DNA from: Acidobacteriota bacterium
GTDB lineage: Bacteria; Acidobacteriota; Vicinamibacteria; Fen-336
Direction: 5' to 3'
DNA length: 64,000 bases
Assembly (NCBI GenBank): GCA_022340545.1
Contig: JAJDNV010000090.1
Span: 801-64,800 of the forward strand
The notes under the pieces were generated by a model, which ran no database searches, was not told the origin of the DNA, and was given only the letters and a program-made list of their open reading frames with translations. Below are positions 27,401 to 36,255 of the stretch, one piece after another. Numbering within the stretch: the stretch's first letter is position 1; every line of letters starts with the position of its first letter. The position numbers and the translations under genes were made by a program.

Positions 27401-27796
27401 TCAGCGACGCGACGCCCGCCCTGACTTCCACCAGGGCAGCATGAAGGGTGGCGTCTGAGTGGGCGTGGGTTGCGGCACGGGGGGCGGAGTGGCGTCCACG
27501 TAGCCGAGGACCGGGACCGGCGGCTGGGGGCGCGGGCCAAAGATGAGCCAGCCGAGCCCCAGCACCGCCACCAGGCCCACCCCGGCCACGAGCGCCTTGA
27601 CGTCACGCGGCAGCGGGGCCGGTGGCGTCCGCAGGCCGGGCCGAGCTGGGCGCGGCGCCGGGCGCTCGGCGGCGGCATGCGCCTCGGCCATGACCTCGGC
27701 TCGCTCGCGCGTCATGCCGCAGTGACACGCCGAGACGCGCATGGGCACGCGCCGACCGCAGGCCGGACATTGCCACGTGTGCGCCATCGTTCCCAT
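27401..27796 (-). CDS. Zinc-ribbon plus single-TM hypothetical protein
   Basis: From ATG 27796 (GGAGA 6 nt upstream): MGTMAHTWQCPACGRRVPMRVSACHCG..., then TM VAGVGLVAVLGLGWLIF and a Pro-rich tail. The longer track start at 27829 would sit 8 bp from the divergent MEMO1 start. Confidence 0.45.
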   Translation of the reverse strand: MGTMAHTWQCPACGRRVPMRVSACHCGMTRERAEVMAEAHAAAERPAPRPARPGLRTPPAPLPRDVKALVAGVGLVAVLGLGWLIFGPRPQPPVPVLGYVDATPPPVPQPTPTQTPPFMLPWWKSGRASRR

Positions 27797-27837
27797 ACTA
27801 CATCTCCGAAAGGGGGGGCGGTGTACCATGGCTCTCC

Positions 27838-29094
27838 ATGTCCCGTCGCCTGGCTCCCCTGCGTCGCGGCCTCGACGCGATGCCCTCCCCCGTGAAGGAT
27901 CGGCCCGGGGTCCTGCTGCGCGATCCCTTCGGATACGCGGAGGAGGTGGTCATCGTCCCTCCCCCGCTCGTTCCCTTCCTCCGCTTCTTCGACGGGGGAC
28001 ACGAGGAGGGCGACCTCGCCGCCGCGCTCTACCGGGCCAGCGGCGAGCTCGGAGCGGGGGCCTACGCCCGTGGCCTGGCCGAATCCCTCGCCCGCAGTGG
28101 GTTCCTCGAGGACGACGAACTCGATCGGAGAAGAGCCGCCCGCCACCGGGCCTTCGCCGCGGCCCCCCGGCGCGAGGCCTCTCACGCGGGGGCGGCCTAC
28201 CCCGAGGATCCGGGCGAGCTCGCGGCGACACTCGACGAGTGCCTTCACAACGCCCTTCCGGACGAAGCCACGCCTCCGGACGAAGTCTTCGCGGTTGCGG
28301 CGCCGCACGTCAGCTTCGAGGGGGGCCGCCACTCGTACGCATCCGCCTATCGCGCGTTGCCGGGTGACGCGTCGGACCGGACCGTCGTGGTCCTCGGGAC
28401 CTCGCACTACGGAGCCTCGGGCCGCTTCGGGCTCACGCGCAAGCCGTACCGCACGCCGCTCGGCGAGACCACGGTGAACGTGCCCTTCGTGGACCGGCTG
28501 GTCACCGACGGCGGCGAGGCGGTGGTCGTCGAAGACTATTGCCACGCCGTCGAGCACGCCGTGGAGTTCCAGGTCCTGTTCCTCCAGCACCTGCTCGGCC
28601 CCGGCGCCCGCGTCGTTCCCATCCTCTGTGGACCCTTTGCGGAGGCGACGCTCGGCCCCGGGCGTCCCGAGGACGACCCGCACGTGGCACGATTCCTGGA
28701 TGCGCTGGCCGGCGCCGCGGCGGACGAGGGCCGGCGGCTCCTCTGGGTCCTCGGAGTCGACCTGGCCCACGTCGGTCGGCGCTACGGGGACGAGATGGCC
28801 GCCGAAGCGCGACAGGGACACCTGCGGAACGTGGAGACACAGGACCGCCGCCGCCTCGCCGCGGTCGTCGCCGGGGACGCCGACGGCTTCTGGAGGCAGG
28901 TGCAGGAAGGCGAAGACGATCTCCGCTGGTGTGGGGCCTCCGCCCTCTATGCCTTCCTGCGGGCGACGGGCTCCCCGCGTGGCACCCTGCTACGCTATGA
29001 GCAGTGGAACATCGACCCCGAGAGCGTCGTGAGCTTTGGTGCCCTGGCCTTCGGTGAGACGCCGTCGGAGGGGGATGGAGGAGTGCACGCATGA
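27838..29094 (+). CDS. MEMO1 family protein (AmmeMemoRadiSam system protein B-like)
   Basis: Motifs ASHAGAAYPEDPGEL, VVVLGTSHY and VLGVDLAHVG match the MEMO1/DODA-type extradiol-dioxygenase-like fold. An alternative start at 27880 is possible. Confidence 0.8.
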   Translation: MSRRLAPLRRGLDAMPSPVKDRPGVLLRDPFGYAEEVVIVPPPLVPFLRFFDGGHEEGDLAAALYRASGELGAGAYARGLAESLARSGFLEDDELDRRRAARHRAFAAAPRREASHAGAAYPEDPGELAATLDECLHNALPDEATPPDEVFAVAAPHVSFEGGRHSYASAYRALPGDASDRTVVVLGTSHYGASGRFGLTRKPYRTPLGETTVNVPFVDRLVTDGGEAVVVEDYCHAVEHAVEFQVLFLQHLLGPGARVVPILCGPFAEATLGPGRPEDDPHVARFLDALAGAAADEGRRLLWVLGVDLAHVGRRYGDEMAAEARQGHLRNVETQDRRRLAAVVAGDADGFWRQVQEGEDDLRWCGASALYAFLRATGSPRGTLLRYEQWNIDPESVVSFGALAFGETPSEGDGGVHA

Positions 29095-30131
29095 TCCAGA
29101 AACTCGGCCTGATCGCCGTACCGACAGTCGTCATGGCCCTCGGGCTTGCGCCGACGGCCGGCGTGGCGGAGGAGGCGTCGGTGGTGGCGATCGTCGACGG
29201 GACCCCGATCACGGCGGAGGCCCTCGACGACGTGATCCAGTCCGAGCTGATTGCGCTGCGGCACCGCGAGGATCAGCTGCGACGCCAGGGTCTGAACAAC
29301 CTGATCGCAGAGGTCCTCCTTGCCCGGGAGGCCCAGGGACGTGGCGTGAGCGTCGAGGAGCTCACGAAAATCGAGATCGAGGACAAGGCCCGGGTGACGC
29401 CGGCGGAGGCCAGGGCCTTCTACGAGGCAAACCGCGCCCGGTTCGGAGAGTCCGACGAGGCGACGGCCATCCAGCAGATCGTGGAGGGGTTGGGTCGACA
29501 ACGTGAGCGCGAGCGCCGCGCCGTCTTCGCGCGCGAGCTGCGGAGCAAGTACCCGGTGGAGGTGCGCCTCGAGCCATTCCGCGTCGAGGTCGGGACCGGT
29601 GCGGCGCCGCCGCGGGGAAACCCCGAGGCCCCCGTCACCATCGTCGAGTTCTCGGACTTCCAGTGCCCCTACTGCGTCCACGCCCGTCCCATCGTCAACC
29701 GGGTTCGCGAGGTGTACGGCGACCAGGTCCGCTACGCCTTTCGGCATTTTCCGCTCGCCTTCCACGGGCTGGCCGAGAAGGCCGGGGAGGCGGCGGCCTG
29801 CGCGGGAGACCAGGGCCGCTTCTGGGACATGCACGACCGGCTCTGGAAAAACCAGAGCAAGCTCACCGTCCCAGACCTGAAACAACACGCGGATGCCCTG
29901 GGTCTGGACACGGCGGCCTTCGCACAGTGTCTCGACTCGGGACGTCATGCCGCGCTCGTGAAGAGCGACGCCGAGGCGGGTGAGCGCCTCGGGGTGACGG
30001 GCACCCCGGCCTTCTTCATCAACGGGCGGGCCATCTTGGGGGCGCAGTCGTTCGAGGCGTTCGCCCAGGTGATCGACGACGAGCTGAAACGCGCCGGCCG
30101 AACCCCGACCAAGGCGTCGCTGGCCCCGTGA
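29091..30131 (+). CDS. Secreted DsbA-family thiol:disulfide oxidoreductase with an N-terminal helical (SurA-N-like) domain
   Basis: Signal peptide; CPYC active site in VTIVEFSDFQCPYCVHARP; DsbA-like C-terminal region. The ATG overlaps the MEMO1 stop as ATGA. Confidence 0.75.
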   Translation: MIQKLGLIAVPTVVMALGLAPTAGVAEEASVVAIVDGTPITAEALDDVIQSELIALRHREDQLRRQGLNNLIAEVLLAREAQGRGVSVEELTKIEIEDKARVTPAEARAFYEANRARFGESDEATAIQQIVEGLGRQRERERRAVFARELRSKYPVEVRLEPFRVEVGTGAAPPRGNPEAPVTIVEFSDFQCPYCVHARPIVNRVREVYGDQVRYAFRHFPLAFHGLAEKAGEAAACAGDQGRFWDMHDRLWKNQSKLTVPDLKQHADALGLDTAAFAQCLDSGRHAALVKSDAEAGERLGVTGTPAFFINGRAILGAQSFEAFAQVIDDELKRAGRTPTKASLAP

Positions 30132-30763
30132 GCGGAGACGGGGACCGCCGTCCGGACTGGCTGCGCTGGGCCCAGAGGATCCAGTCGATTGCCCAGACCG
30201 GCCTCGCCTACGCGGGCGACCCGTACGACCGCGAGCGCTACGAGCAGCTGCGCGAGATCGCGGTCGAGATGGCGGCGGTCGGCTTTGCCGAGGACGCCGA
30301 CGTCCTGCGTCCGGTCTTCGCCGCCGGGATGGGCTACCCGACGCCCAAGGTGGACGTGCGTGCGGTCGTGTTCCGTGGGGACGAGCTTCTGCTCGTGCGC
30401 GAGCTGCGCACGCAGCGGTGGACGTTTCCCGGGGGGTGGGCCGACGTCGGCGACACGCCGGCCGCCGCCGCCGAGCGCGAGACGCTGGAGGAGAGCGGGT
30501 ACCGGGTCCGCGCGGAGAAGGTGCTCGCGGTCCTGGACAAGACGCGCCACGAGCACCCGCCCTCGCTCGACTACACGTACAAGATCCTGATCCATTGCCG
30601 GCTCGAGGGGGGCGAGCCGCGCACGTCCCACGAGGTGGACGAGGTCGGCTTCTTCGCCGAACACGCGATCCCGGACCTCGACATCGATCGCACGACGCCG
30701 GGCCAGATCGTCCTCGCCTTCGCCCACCACCGGGACCCCGCCCGTCCCACCGCCTTCGACTGA
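30128..30763 (+). CDS. NUDIX hydrolase with an N-terminal helical domain
   Basis: Nudix box GGWADVGDTPAAAAERETLEESG. GTG start overlaps the DsbA stop as GTGA. Confidence 0.75.
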   Translation: MSGDGDRRPDWLRWAQRIQSIAQTGLAYAGDPYDRERYEQLREIAVEMAAVGFAEDADVLRPVFAAGMGYPTPKVDVRAVVFRGDELLLVRELRTQRWTFPGGWADVGDTPAAAAERETLEESGYRVRAEKVLAVLDKTRHEHPPSLDYTYKILIHCRLEGGEPRTSHEVDEVGFFAEHAIPDLDIDRTTPGQIVLAFAHHRDPARPTAFD

Positions 30764-31205
30764 GACCCGGAGGGTCGAGGTGGTTGCCCTCCTGCTCTTG
30801 AGGCTTCCAGCTCGGTTTGGCACCACGGGTGCGGCCGCGGCGGCCACCCGTCTGCGGTCCTCGCGGTGCGCAGTGTCGGACGCTGCGGTCCTCGTCGGGT
30901 CCCGCCCGCCGCGGCCTGGACCGGCCCTGTGCTCCAGGTTCCCGCTCGCCTCCTGCGCCGGGGCGCGCCGCTTTCTGTGAACTGAGGGCTTCGACCTTCG
31001 CGCCGGGTGCCTCAGCTCGTGGCCGGGGCCAGGCCCCTTCATCCCGAGTCGGCAGCCGTTTGCAGCCGGTCGCCTTGGGTGTGGGACCACGAGAGCAAGG
31101 TCGTCGCGGCCTCGGGCGGGCCTCTGAAGCGCGGCGCCGCGCGGTCCCAGGGCAACGGAGTGACTGTCCCGGGTCGGGGAGTCCGGAAGGCCGATCAGCC
31201 GCCTG

Positions 31206-31946
31206 TCATGTCTGAAGCGAGAACGGGGTGAAGTTCGTGTCCCGGTCGAAGTAGTCCTCGCGCTCGGCGCGCTTGAGGAAGTTCACGATGCGGTACGTGA
31301 ACGGGGTCATCAGGGCCTCCCAGAGGACCTTCAGGAGGTAGTTGCTCACCATCACGCGCCACACGAGCTCGGTCTCCCAGACGAAGAGGAAGGCCGCCGG
31401 GTAGAAGATGACCGAGTCGACGGCCTCGCCGACGATCGTCGAGCCGATGGTTCGGGTCCAGAGCGCCCGACCCGCGGTGGACACCTTCATCCTTGCCAGC
31501 ACGTACGAGTTGCAGAATTCCCCGCTGAAGTACGCGACGAGCGAGGCGAGGACGATGCGGGGAGTGGAGCCGAAGACCGTCTGGTAGGCCTCCTGGTGCG
31601 GCCAGCCCGGCGCCGGGGGGAAGGCGAGGATGGCCCAACTCATGAACGAGGCGAAGGCGAGGGCCCCGAACCCCGCCCACACCACCTTGCGGGCCCGGGC
31701 ATAGCCGTACACCTCGGTCAGGATGTCGCCGAAGAGATAGCTGATCGGGAAGAAGAGGACTCCGGCTCCGAAGGCGAAGCCTCCGATCTCGGCCACCTTG
31801 GCCGCTCCGATCACGTTCGCGCACAGCAGGACGGTGACGAAGGCCGCCATCACCAGGTCGTAGTAGCGATACGAGCGTCGCGGACGCGGTCCGTCCGGCG
31901 GGCCCTCCGGCGTCGGCGCCGCTCGGGGATCGGAGCGATTCGTCAA
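31206..31946 (-). CDS. yhhQ: Queuosine-precursor transporter YhhQ/DUF165 family
   Basis: RRSYRYYDLVMAAFVTVLLCANVIGAAKV...FPISYLFGDILTEVYGY... aligns with E. coli YhhQ as I recall it. Start is uncertain: TTG 31946 covers the conserved N-terminus, ATG 31850 would truncate it. The track ORF extends into the tRNA. Confidence 0.7.
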   Translation of the reverse strand: MTNRSDPRAAPTPEGPPDGPRPRRSYRYYDLVMAAFVTVLLCANVIGAAKVAEIGGFAFGAGVLFFPISYLFGDILTEVYGYARARKVVWAGFGALAFASFMSWAILAFPPAPGWPHQEAYQTVFGSTPRIVLASLVAYFSGEFCNSYVLARMKVSTAGRALWTRTIGSTIVGEAVDSVIFYPAAFLFVWETELVWRVMVSNYLLKVLWEALMTPFTYRIVNFLKRAEREDYFDRDTNFTPFSLQT

Positions 31947-31974
31947 GGCTGGACCGGTTGGATTCGGGGTGGGT

Positions 31975-32050
31975 TGGTGGGCGCTGCAGGATTCGAACCT
32001 GCGACTTCCACCGTGTGAAGGTGGCACTCTACCGCTGAGTTAAGCGCCCG
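31975..32050 (-). tRNA. tRNA-Val (anticodon CAC), CCA encoded
   Basis: Reverse strand reads GGGCGCUUAACUCAGCGGUAGAGUGCCACCUUCACACGGUGGAAGUCGCAGGUUCGAAUCCUGCAGCGCCCACCA. This gives a 7-bp acceptor stem, anticodon loop UUCACAC with anticodon CAC, and T-loop GGUUCGAAUCC. Confidence 0.8.
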
Positions 32051-32091
32051 CGGCCCGAGTCCGTTGAGGTTAAACCCGGCCCCGAGTGGGG

Positions 32092-34455
32092 TCAAGGCCG
32101 GCGAAGGGGGGCGAGGGGGGCCTCGGTTACGCCCTCCGGCTCGCTGAGCGGTCGCCACTCCACCGTGTGCGCCTGGCAGCGAACGCGCGGCTCCGTCCCG
32201 GCGATGAAGGCCTCGGAGCGGACGTTCGGGCACAGCGGGGTCGCGAGCAGGCCCGTGTCCGCGTCGATGTCGACGAAGATCACGTTCTCCGGGGGGACGG
32301 TGAAGGGGAGCGGCTCCTTCCCGCTGAGGGCGGCCTTCATGAACTCCACCCAGATCGGCAGCGCGGCCCGGGCGCCGGACAACCCGACCGGGGTGTTGTC
32401 GTCGAAGCCCACCCAGACGACGCAGAGCATGTCCGGGGTGTAGCCGGCGAACCAGGCGTCGCGGTAGTCGTTCGTGGTGCCGGTCTTGCCCGCGGCCTCG
32501 GCGGTGAAGCCTCGAGCCCGCGCCGAGACGCCCGTCCCTTCGTTCATCACGCTCTGGAGCATGCTGGTCAGGAGGAAGGCCGACTCCCGGCGGATCACGC
32601 GCTCGGGGACTGGCGCGTAGTGCTGCTCGAGGACACGCCCGCCCTCGTCGGTCACGCGGAGGACGGTGACCGGCTCGATCTTGTAGCCGCCGCTGGCGAG
32701 GACGTTGTATGCGGTGGCCATCTCGTAGGGCGTCACCTCGAAGGCCCCGAGGGCGACCGCGGGATAGGCCTCGATCGGGGCGCCGCTGCCGAGCTTCTCC
32801 GACCACAGCCGGGCGATACGGTCGTAGCCGACCATCTCCGCCACCTTCACCGTGGCCACGTTCAGGCTCTTGGCCAGGGCTCGTCGCAGGGTCACGAAGC
32901 CGAAGTACTTGTCCTCGTAGTTGCGGGGGATGTACTCCTTGTCCTCATAGAAGAAGACAGCGGGGGCGTCCTCGACCACGGTGGCCGGCGTGATCGGGGG
33001 CAGAGTCGGGTCCTCGAAGGTCGCCTCGAAAGCGGCCAGATACACGAAGGGCTTGAAGGTGCTCCCGGGCTGGCGCCGGGCCTGCATCACGCGGTTGTAC
33101 TGGCTCGCTCCGTAGGAGCGGCCCCCGACGAGAGCCACCACCTTCCCGCTGAGTGGCTCGATGGCGATGAGCGATCCCTGCACCCTCTTCGTCGTTCGCT
33201 TCTTGACGATCTCCTGGACCTCGTCGAGGCCCCGCTCGAGCGCCTGCTGGGCCAGCGCCTGAAGGTGGAGGTCGAGCGTGGTGTAGATCGAGAGGTTCTG
33301 CGTCGTGAGGTCGTTCGGGTCGTAGTGCTGGGCGAGCTGCTGCCGAACCAGGTCCACGAAGTAGGGGGCGTCGGTAAGGTCGACGGTCGTCGACTCCACC
33401 ATGAGCGGAGCGGCCAGCGCCGCCTCCATCGTCTCGGCGTCGATGAATCCGGCGTCGTTCATGAAGCGGATCACGAGGTTGCGCCGGGCGGTGGCGCGCT
33501 CGGGGTGGCGGAAGGGGTTGTAGCGGTTCGGGAGCTGGATCATGCCGGCCAGAAGCGCCGACTCCGGGAGGGTGAGGTTGCCCACGTCCTTGCGGAAGTA
33601 GCGGCTCGCCGCCTGACCCACGCCGTTCAGGCTGAATGAACCCCCCTGGCCGAGGTAGACCTCGTTGAGATAGAGCTCGAGGATCTCCTGCTTCGAGGCG
33701 CGGCGCTCGAGGACGAAGGCGAGCAGCGCCTCCTGCATCTTGCGCTTCAGCGTGCGCTCCGGGGTCAGGAAGAAGTTCTTGCAGAGCTGCTGGGTGATGG
33801 TGCTGGCGCCCTGGGGGATCGAGCTGTCGGTCCGGATGTTGCGGATGACGGCGCTCACGAAGCGGAACGGGTCCAGCCCGGGGTGGCTGAAGAAGCGCCG
33901 GTCCTCGATCGCGAGGACGGCCTGCACGAGGTGCTCCGGCAGATCCTCGTAGCGGATCCGACGCCGCTTCTCCCGGCTCTCGTCGAAGAGGTACGTGATC
34001 AGCTCGGGCTCGAGGTCCTGCTCCGCGTAGATTTGCTGCTCCGCGCCCCGGATCTCCTTGATCTGCCCCTCCCCGAAAGCCACGAGCAGTGGCTCGTCCG
34101 CCCCGCCCGGTACCGGACGCGGCCAGACGAGCACGCCGTTCTCGACGACCGAGAACTCACCCGCCGCCGTCGGCTCCGTTTCACGCTGCGTGTAGCGCAG
34201 GCCGTTCAGGATCTCGGCGAGCCCGTTCGCGTCGAGCACGAGGCCGGGGCGGAGGGTGAGGGGGCGGGCGTAGACGCGGGAGGGGATCTGCCATCGCTCG
34301 CCCTGCAGGCGCTGCTCCACCAGGACGCTGAACCGAACGTAGTGGTAGATGAGCACGGAGGCGCCCACGACGATTGGCAGGAAGATGAGGGTGAGCAACG
34401 CCACCACCAGACGGAAGCGCTGCGGTGAGTACACCCGGCCTGCAGTCTCGCTCAT
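32092..34455 (-). CDS. mrcA: Class A penicillin-binding protein (bifunctional transglycosylase/transpeptidase, PBP1A-like)
   Basis: 787 aa from ATG 34455 (MSETAGRV...). N-terminal TM, GT51 motifs (EDRRFFSHPG, GASTITQQL), transpeptidase STFK, SLN and KTGTT motifs. The track's upstream 370 aa are low-complexity and rejected. Confidence 0.9.
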   Translation of the reverse strand: MSETAGRVYSPQRFRLVVALLTLIFLPIVVGASVLIYHYVRFSVLVEQRLQGERWQIPSRVYARPLTLRPGLVLDANGLAEILNGLRYTQRETEPTAAGEFSVVENGVLVWPRPVPGGADEPLLVAFGEGQIKEIRGAEQQIYAEQDLEPELITYLFDESREKRRRIRYEDLPEHLVQAVLAIEDRRFFSHPGLDPFRFVSAVIRNIRTDSSIPQGASTITQQLCKNFFLTPERTLKRKMQEALLAFVLERRASKQEILELYLNEVYLGQGGSFSLNGVGQAASRYFRKDVGNLTLPESALLAGMIQLPNRYNPFRHPERATARRNLVIRFMNDAGFIDAETMEAALAAPLMVESTTVDLTDAPYFVDLVRQQLAQHYDPNDLTTQNLSIYTTLDLHLQALAQQALERGLDEVQEIVKKRTTKRVQGSLIAIEPLSGKVVALVGGRSYGASQYNRVMQARRQPGSTFKPFVYLAAFEATFEDPTLPPITPATVVEDAPAVFFYEDKEYIPRNYEDKYFGFVTLRRALAKSLNVATVKVAEMVGYDRIARLWSEKLGSGAPIEAYPAVALGAFEVTPYEMATAYNVLASGGYKIEPVTVLRVTDEGGRVLEQHYAPVPERVIRRESAFLLTSMLQSVMNEGTGVSARARGFTAEAAGKTGTTNDYRDAWFAGYTPDMLCVVWVGFDDNTPVGLSGARAALPIWVEFMKAALSGKEPLPFTVPPENVIFVDIDADTGLLATPLCPNVRSEAFIAGTEPRVRCQAHTVEWRPLSEPEGVTEAPLAPLRRP

Positions 34456-34536
34456 CCCCGGATCCAATCGAGTATACCCGGCATTGCTGCGCGCGGGCGG
34501 TCGCGGTAGGCTCGCAGAAAGAGCGGGAGGCCCTGA

Positions 34537-35742
34537 ATGAAGCGCCTTTATGTCGCTGCCTACCATCAGTCGAAGTTCGGGAAGCTCATGGACACGGACG
34601 TGCCCACCGTCGTTCGCCAGGCGGTCGAGGGGGCGTGCGGGGAGATCGGCGTCGAGCCGCGTGCGATGGACCTGGGCGCGATCGGGGCCGTCTGCAACTT
34701 CTCCCTGAACCGGCAGGGTCTGCTCTCGGGCCTCATGGCGATGGTGCCCGGTCTCGAAGCCAAGCCGCTCCACGCGGTCGAGAACGCCTGCGCCTCCGGC
34801 GGCCAGGCCATCCTCTCCGTGGCCGAGAAGCTGCTCCTCGGCGAGGGCGAGGTGGGGATCGCCGTGGGCTACGAGAAGATGCGCAACGACCAGGGCAAGA
34901 TGGACGGCAAGCTCATCGGGGAGGTCCTCGGCTATTTCTCCCATCCGGACGAGCGCGAGGGCAAGGTCTTCGTCTTCCCCCACCTCTTCGCCGAGGTGAT
35001 GGACTGCTACATGAAGACCCACCGGGTCACCGAGGAGGACCTGGCCCGTATTGCGGTCATGGAGTACGCCAACGCCAACAAGAACCCGTATGCCCAGATG
35101 CAGAAGGTCCAGGTGAGCCTCGAGCAGGCGACGACGATCGAAGGCATCAACCGCTACATCGTGGAAGGACTGCCCCTCAAGACCTACGACTGCTCCCAGA
35201 TCTCCGACGGCTACGCCGCTCTGATCCTCGCCACGGAGGAGGGTCTGTCGAAGCTGGGGGTGAAGAAGAGCGAGACCGTCGAGCTCGCGGGCTGGGGCCA
35301 GGCCACCGACCCCTTGAAGAAGGAAGGTCGGGACATCCTGCGGCCGGCGGGCGCCCACCGGGCCATGGAGACCGCGTACGAACGCGCCGGGGTCTCCGCC
35401 GCCGACGTTGGCGTGGCCGAGATCCACGACTGCTTCTCCGTGATGGGGGCACTCGGCACCGAGGTGCTCGGCAAGGCCAGCTACGGCCAGGGCGCCCGCT
35501 ACTGGGCGGAGGGGAAGGCCGCGGTGGACGGGGAGTGCGCCATCAACACGTCGGGAGGCCTCATCGCCAAGGGGCACCCGATCGGGGCCACTGGGGTCGC
35601 CATGGTGGGGTGGAGCGCGTGGCAGCTCCAGGGCAAGGTTCCCGCCGAGCTGCAGGTGAAGGAGCCTCGCGTCGCCGCCACCTTCAACATCGGCGGTCCC
35701 ATCTGCGCTTCCGTCTGCACCGTCCTCAAGCCCACCTCTTGA
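34537..35742 (+). CDS. Thiolase-like protein (acetyl-CoA C-acyltransferase / SCP-x-type thiolase family)
   Basis: 401 aa. Catalytic Cys context VENACASGGQAI, C-terminal GHPIGATGV and Cys near the C-terminus (ICASVC) are typical of the thiolase superfamily. Confidence 0.8.
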   Translation: MKRLYVAAYHQSKFGKLMDTDVPTVVRQAVEGACGEIGVEPRAMDLGAIGAVCNFSLNRQGLLSGLMAMVPGLEAKPLHAVENACASGGQAILSVAEKLLLGEGEVGIAVGYEKMRNDQGKMDGKLIGEVLGYFSHPDEREGKVFVFPHLFAEVMDCYMKTHRVTEEDLARIAVMEYANANKNPYAQMQKVQVSLEQATTIEGINRYIVEGLPLKTYDCSQISDGYAALILATEEGLSKLGVKKSETVELAGWGQATDPLKKEGRDILRPAGAHRAMETAYERAGVSAADVGVAEIHDCFSVMGALGTEVLGKASYGQGARYWAEGKAAVDGECAINTSGGLIAKGHPIGATGVAMVGWSAWQLQGKVPAELQVKEPRVAATFNIGGPICASVCTVLKPTS

Positions 35743-36146
35743 TCGACTACCGCGCCGGAGACGACCTCGACCTCGATGAGGTGATCGACGTCTACGTCGA
35801 CTCGACGCTGGGGAAGCGTCGTCCGGTCGACGACCGGGCGCGAATGGACGGCATGCTCCGCTGCGCCAACCTCGTGGTCACCGCCTGGGACGCAGACCGC
35901 CTGATCGGGCTCGCCCGCTCGGTCAGCGACTTCCACTACGCGACGTACCTGTCCGATCTCGCGGTCCGCCTCTCGTACCAGAAGCGCGGGATCGGGATCG
36001 AGCTCATCCGCAGGACGCAGCAGGCTGCGCCCCAGGCAACGATCATCCTGCTCGCGGCCCCGGCGGCGGTGGAGTACTACCCGCGTATCGGGTTCACGCA
36101 GCACCAGAGCGCGTGGATCCTCCGCCCGGGAGAGGCCCTTCGATAG
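35738..36146 (+). CDS. GNAT family N-acetyltransferase
   Basis: C-terminal YQKRGIGIELIRR (acetyl-CoA binding R/Q-x-x-G-x-G/A) and overall GNAT length. TTG start overlaps the thiolase stop (TTGA); start is uncertain. Confidence 0.6.
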
Positions 36147-36255
36147 CCTTCTTCACGGCCCGCACCGGGGACACCTGCCACCGGGCAGAGGAGGCAGGTG
36201 CCGACCCGAGGCCAGTCTGGCACCCGCCTTCGGAGGGCTGAAAGCCCTGTGCCCT

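Noticed and set aside
27829-27838. Track start of the minus-strand Zn-ribbon/TM gene at 27829, 8 bp from the divergent MEMO1 ATG.
   Set aside because: Two divergent genes cannot share an 8-bp promoter region. The internal ATG at 27796, preceded by GGAGA, is the more plausible start for the minus-strand gene.
31851-31974. preQ1 riboswitch upstream of the yhhQ-type transporter.
   Set aside because: The available spacer is only 28 nt if the conserved N-terminus is included. It contains no A-rich tail or preQ1-I/II-like hairpin, and it is occupied by the tRNA-Val 3' flank.
32092-35577. 1161-aa track ORF for the PBP; about 370 aa N-terminal extension.
   Set aside because: The extension is low-complexity and antisense to the thiolase gene. 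The PBP signature starts at MSETAGRV (ATG 34455) with a TM helix right after.
36147-36255. Possible small gene in the GNAT / methyltransferase convergent spacer.
   Set aside because: There is no ORF. It contains two strong hairpins (CACCTGCC...GGCAGGTG and GGGCTgaaaGCCC), consistent with a bidirectional terminator region.
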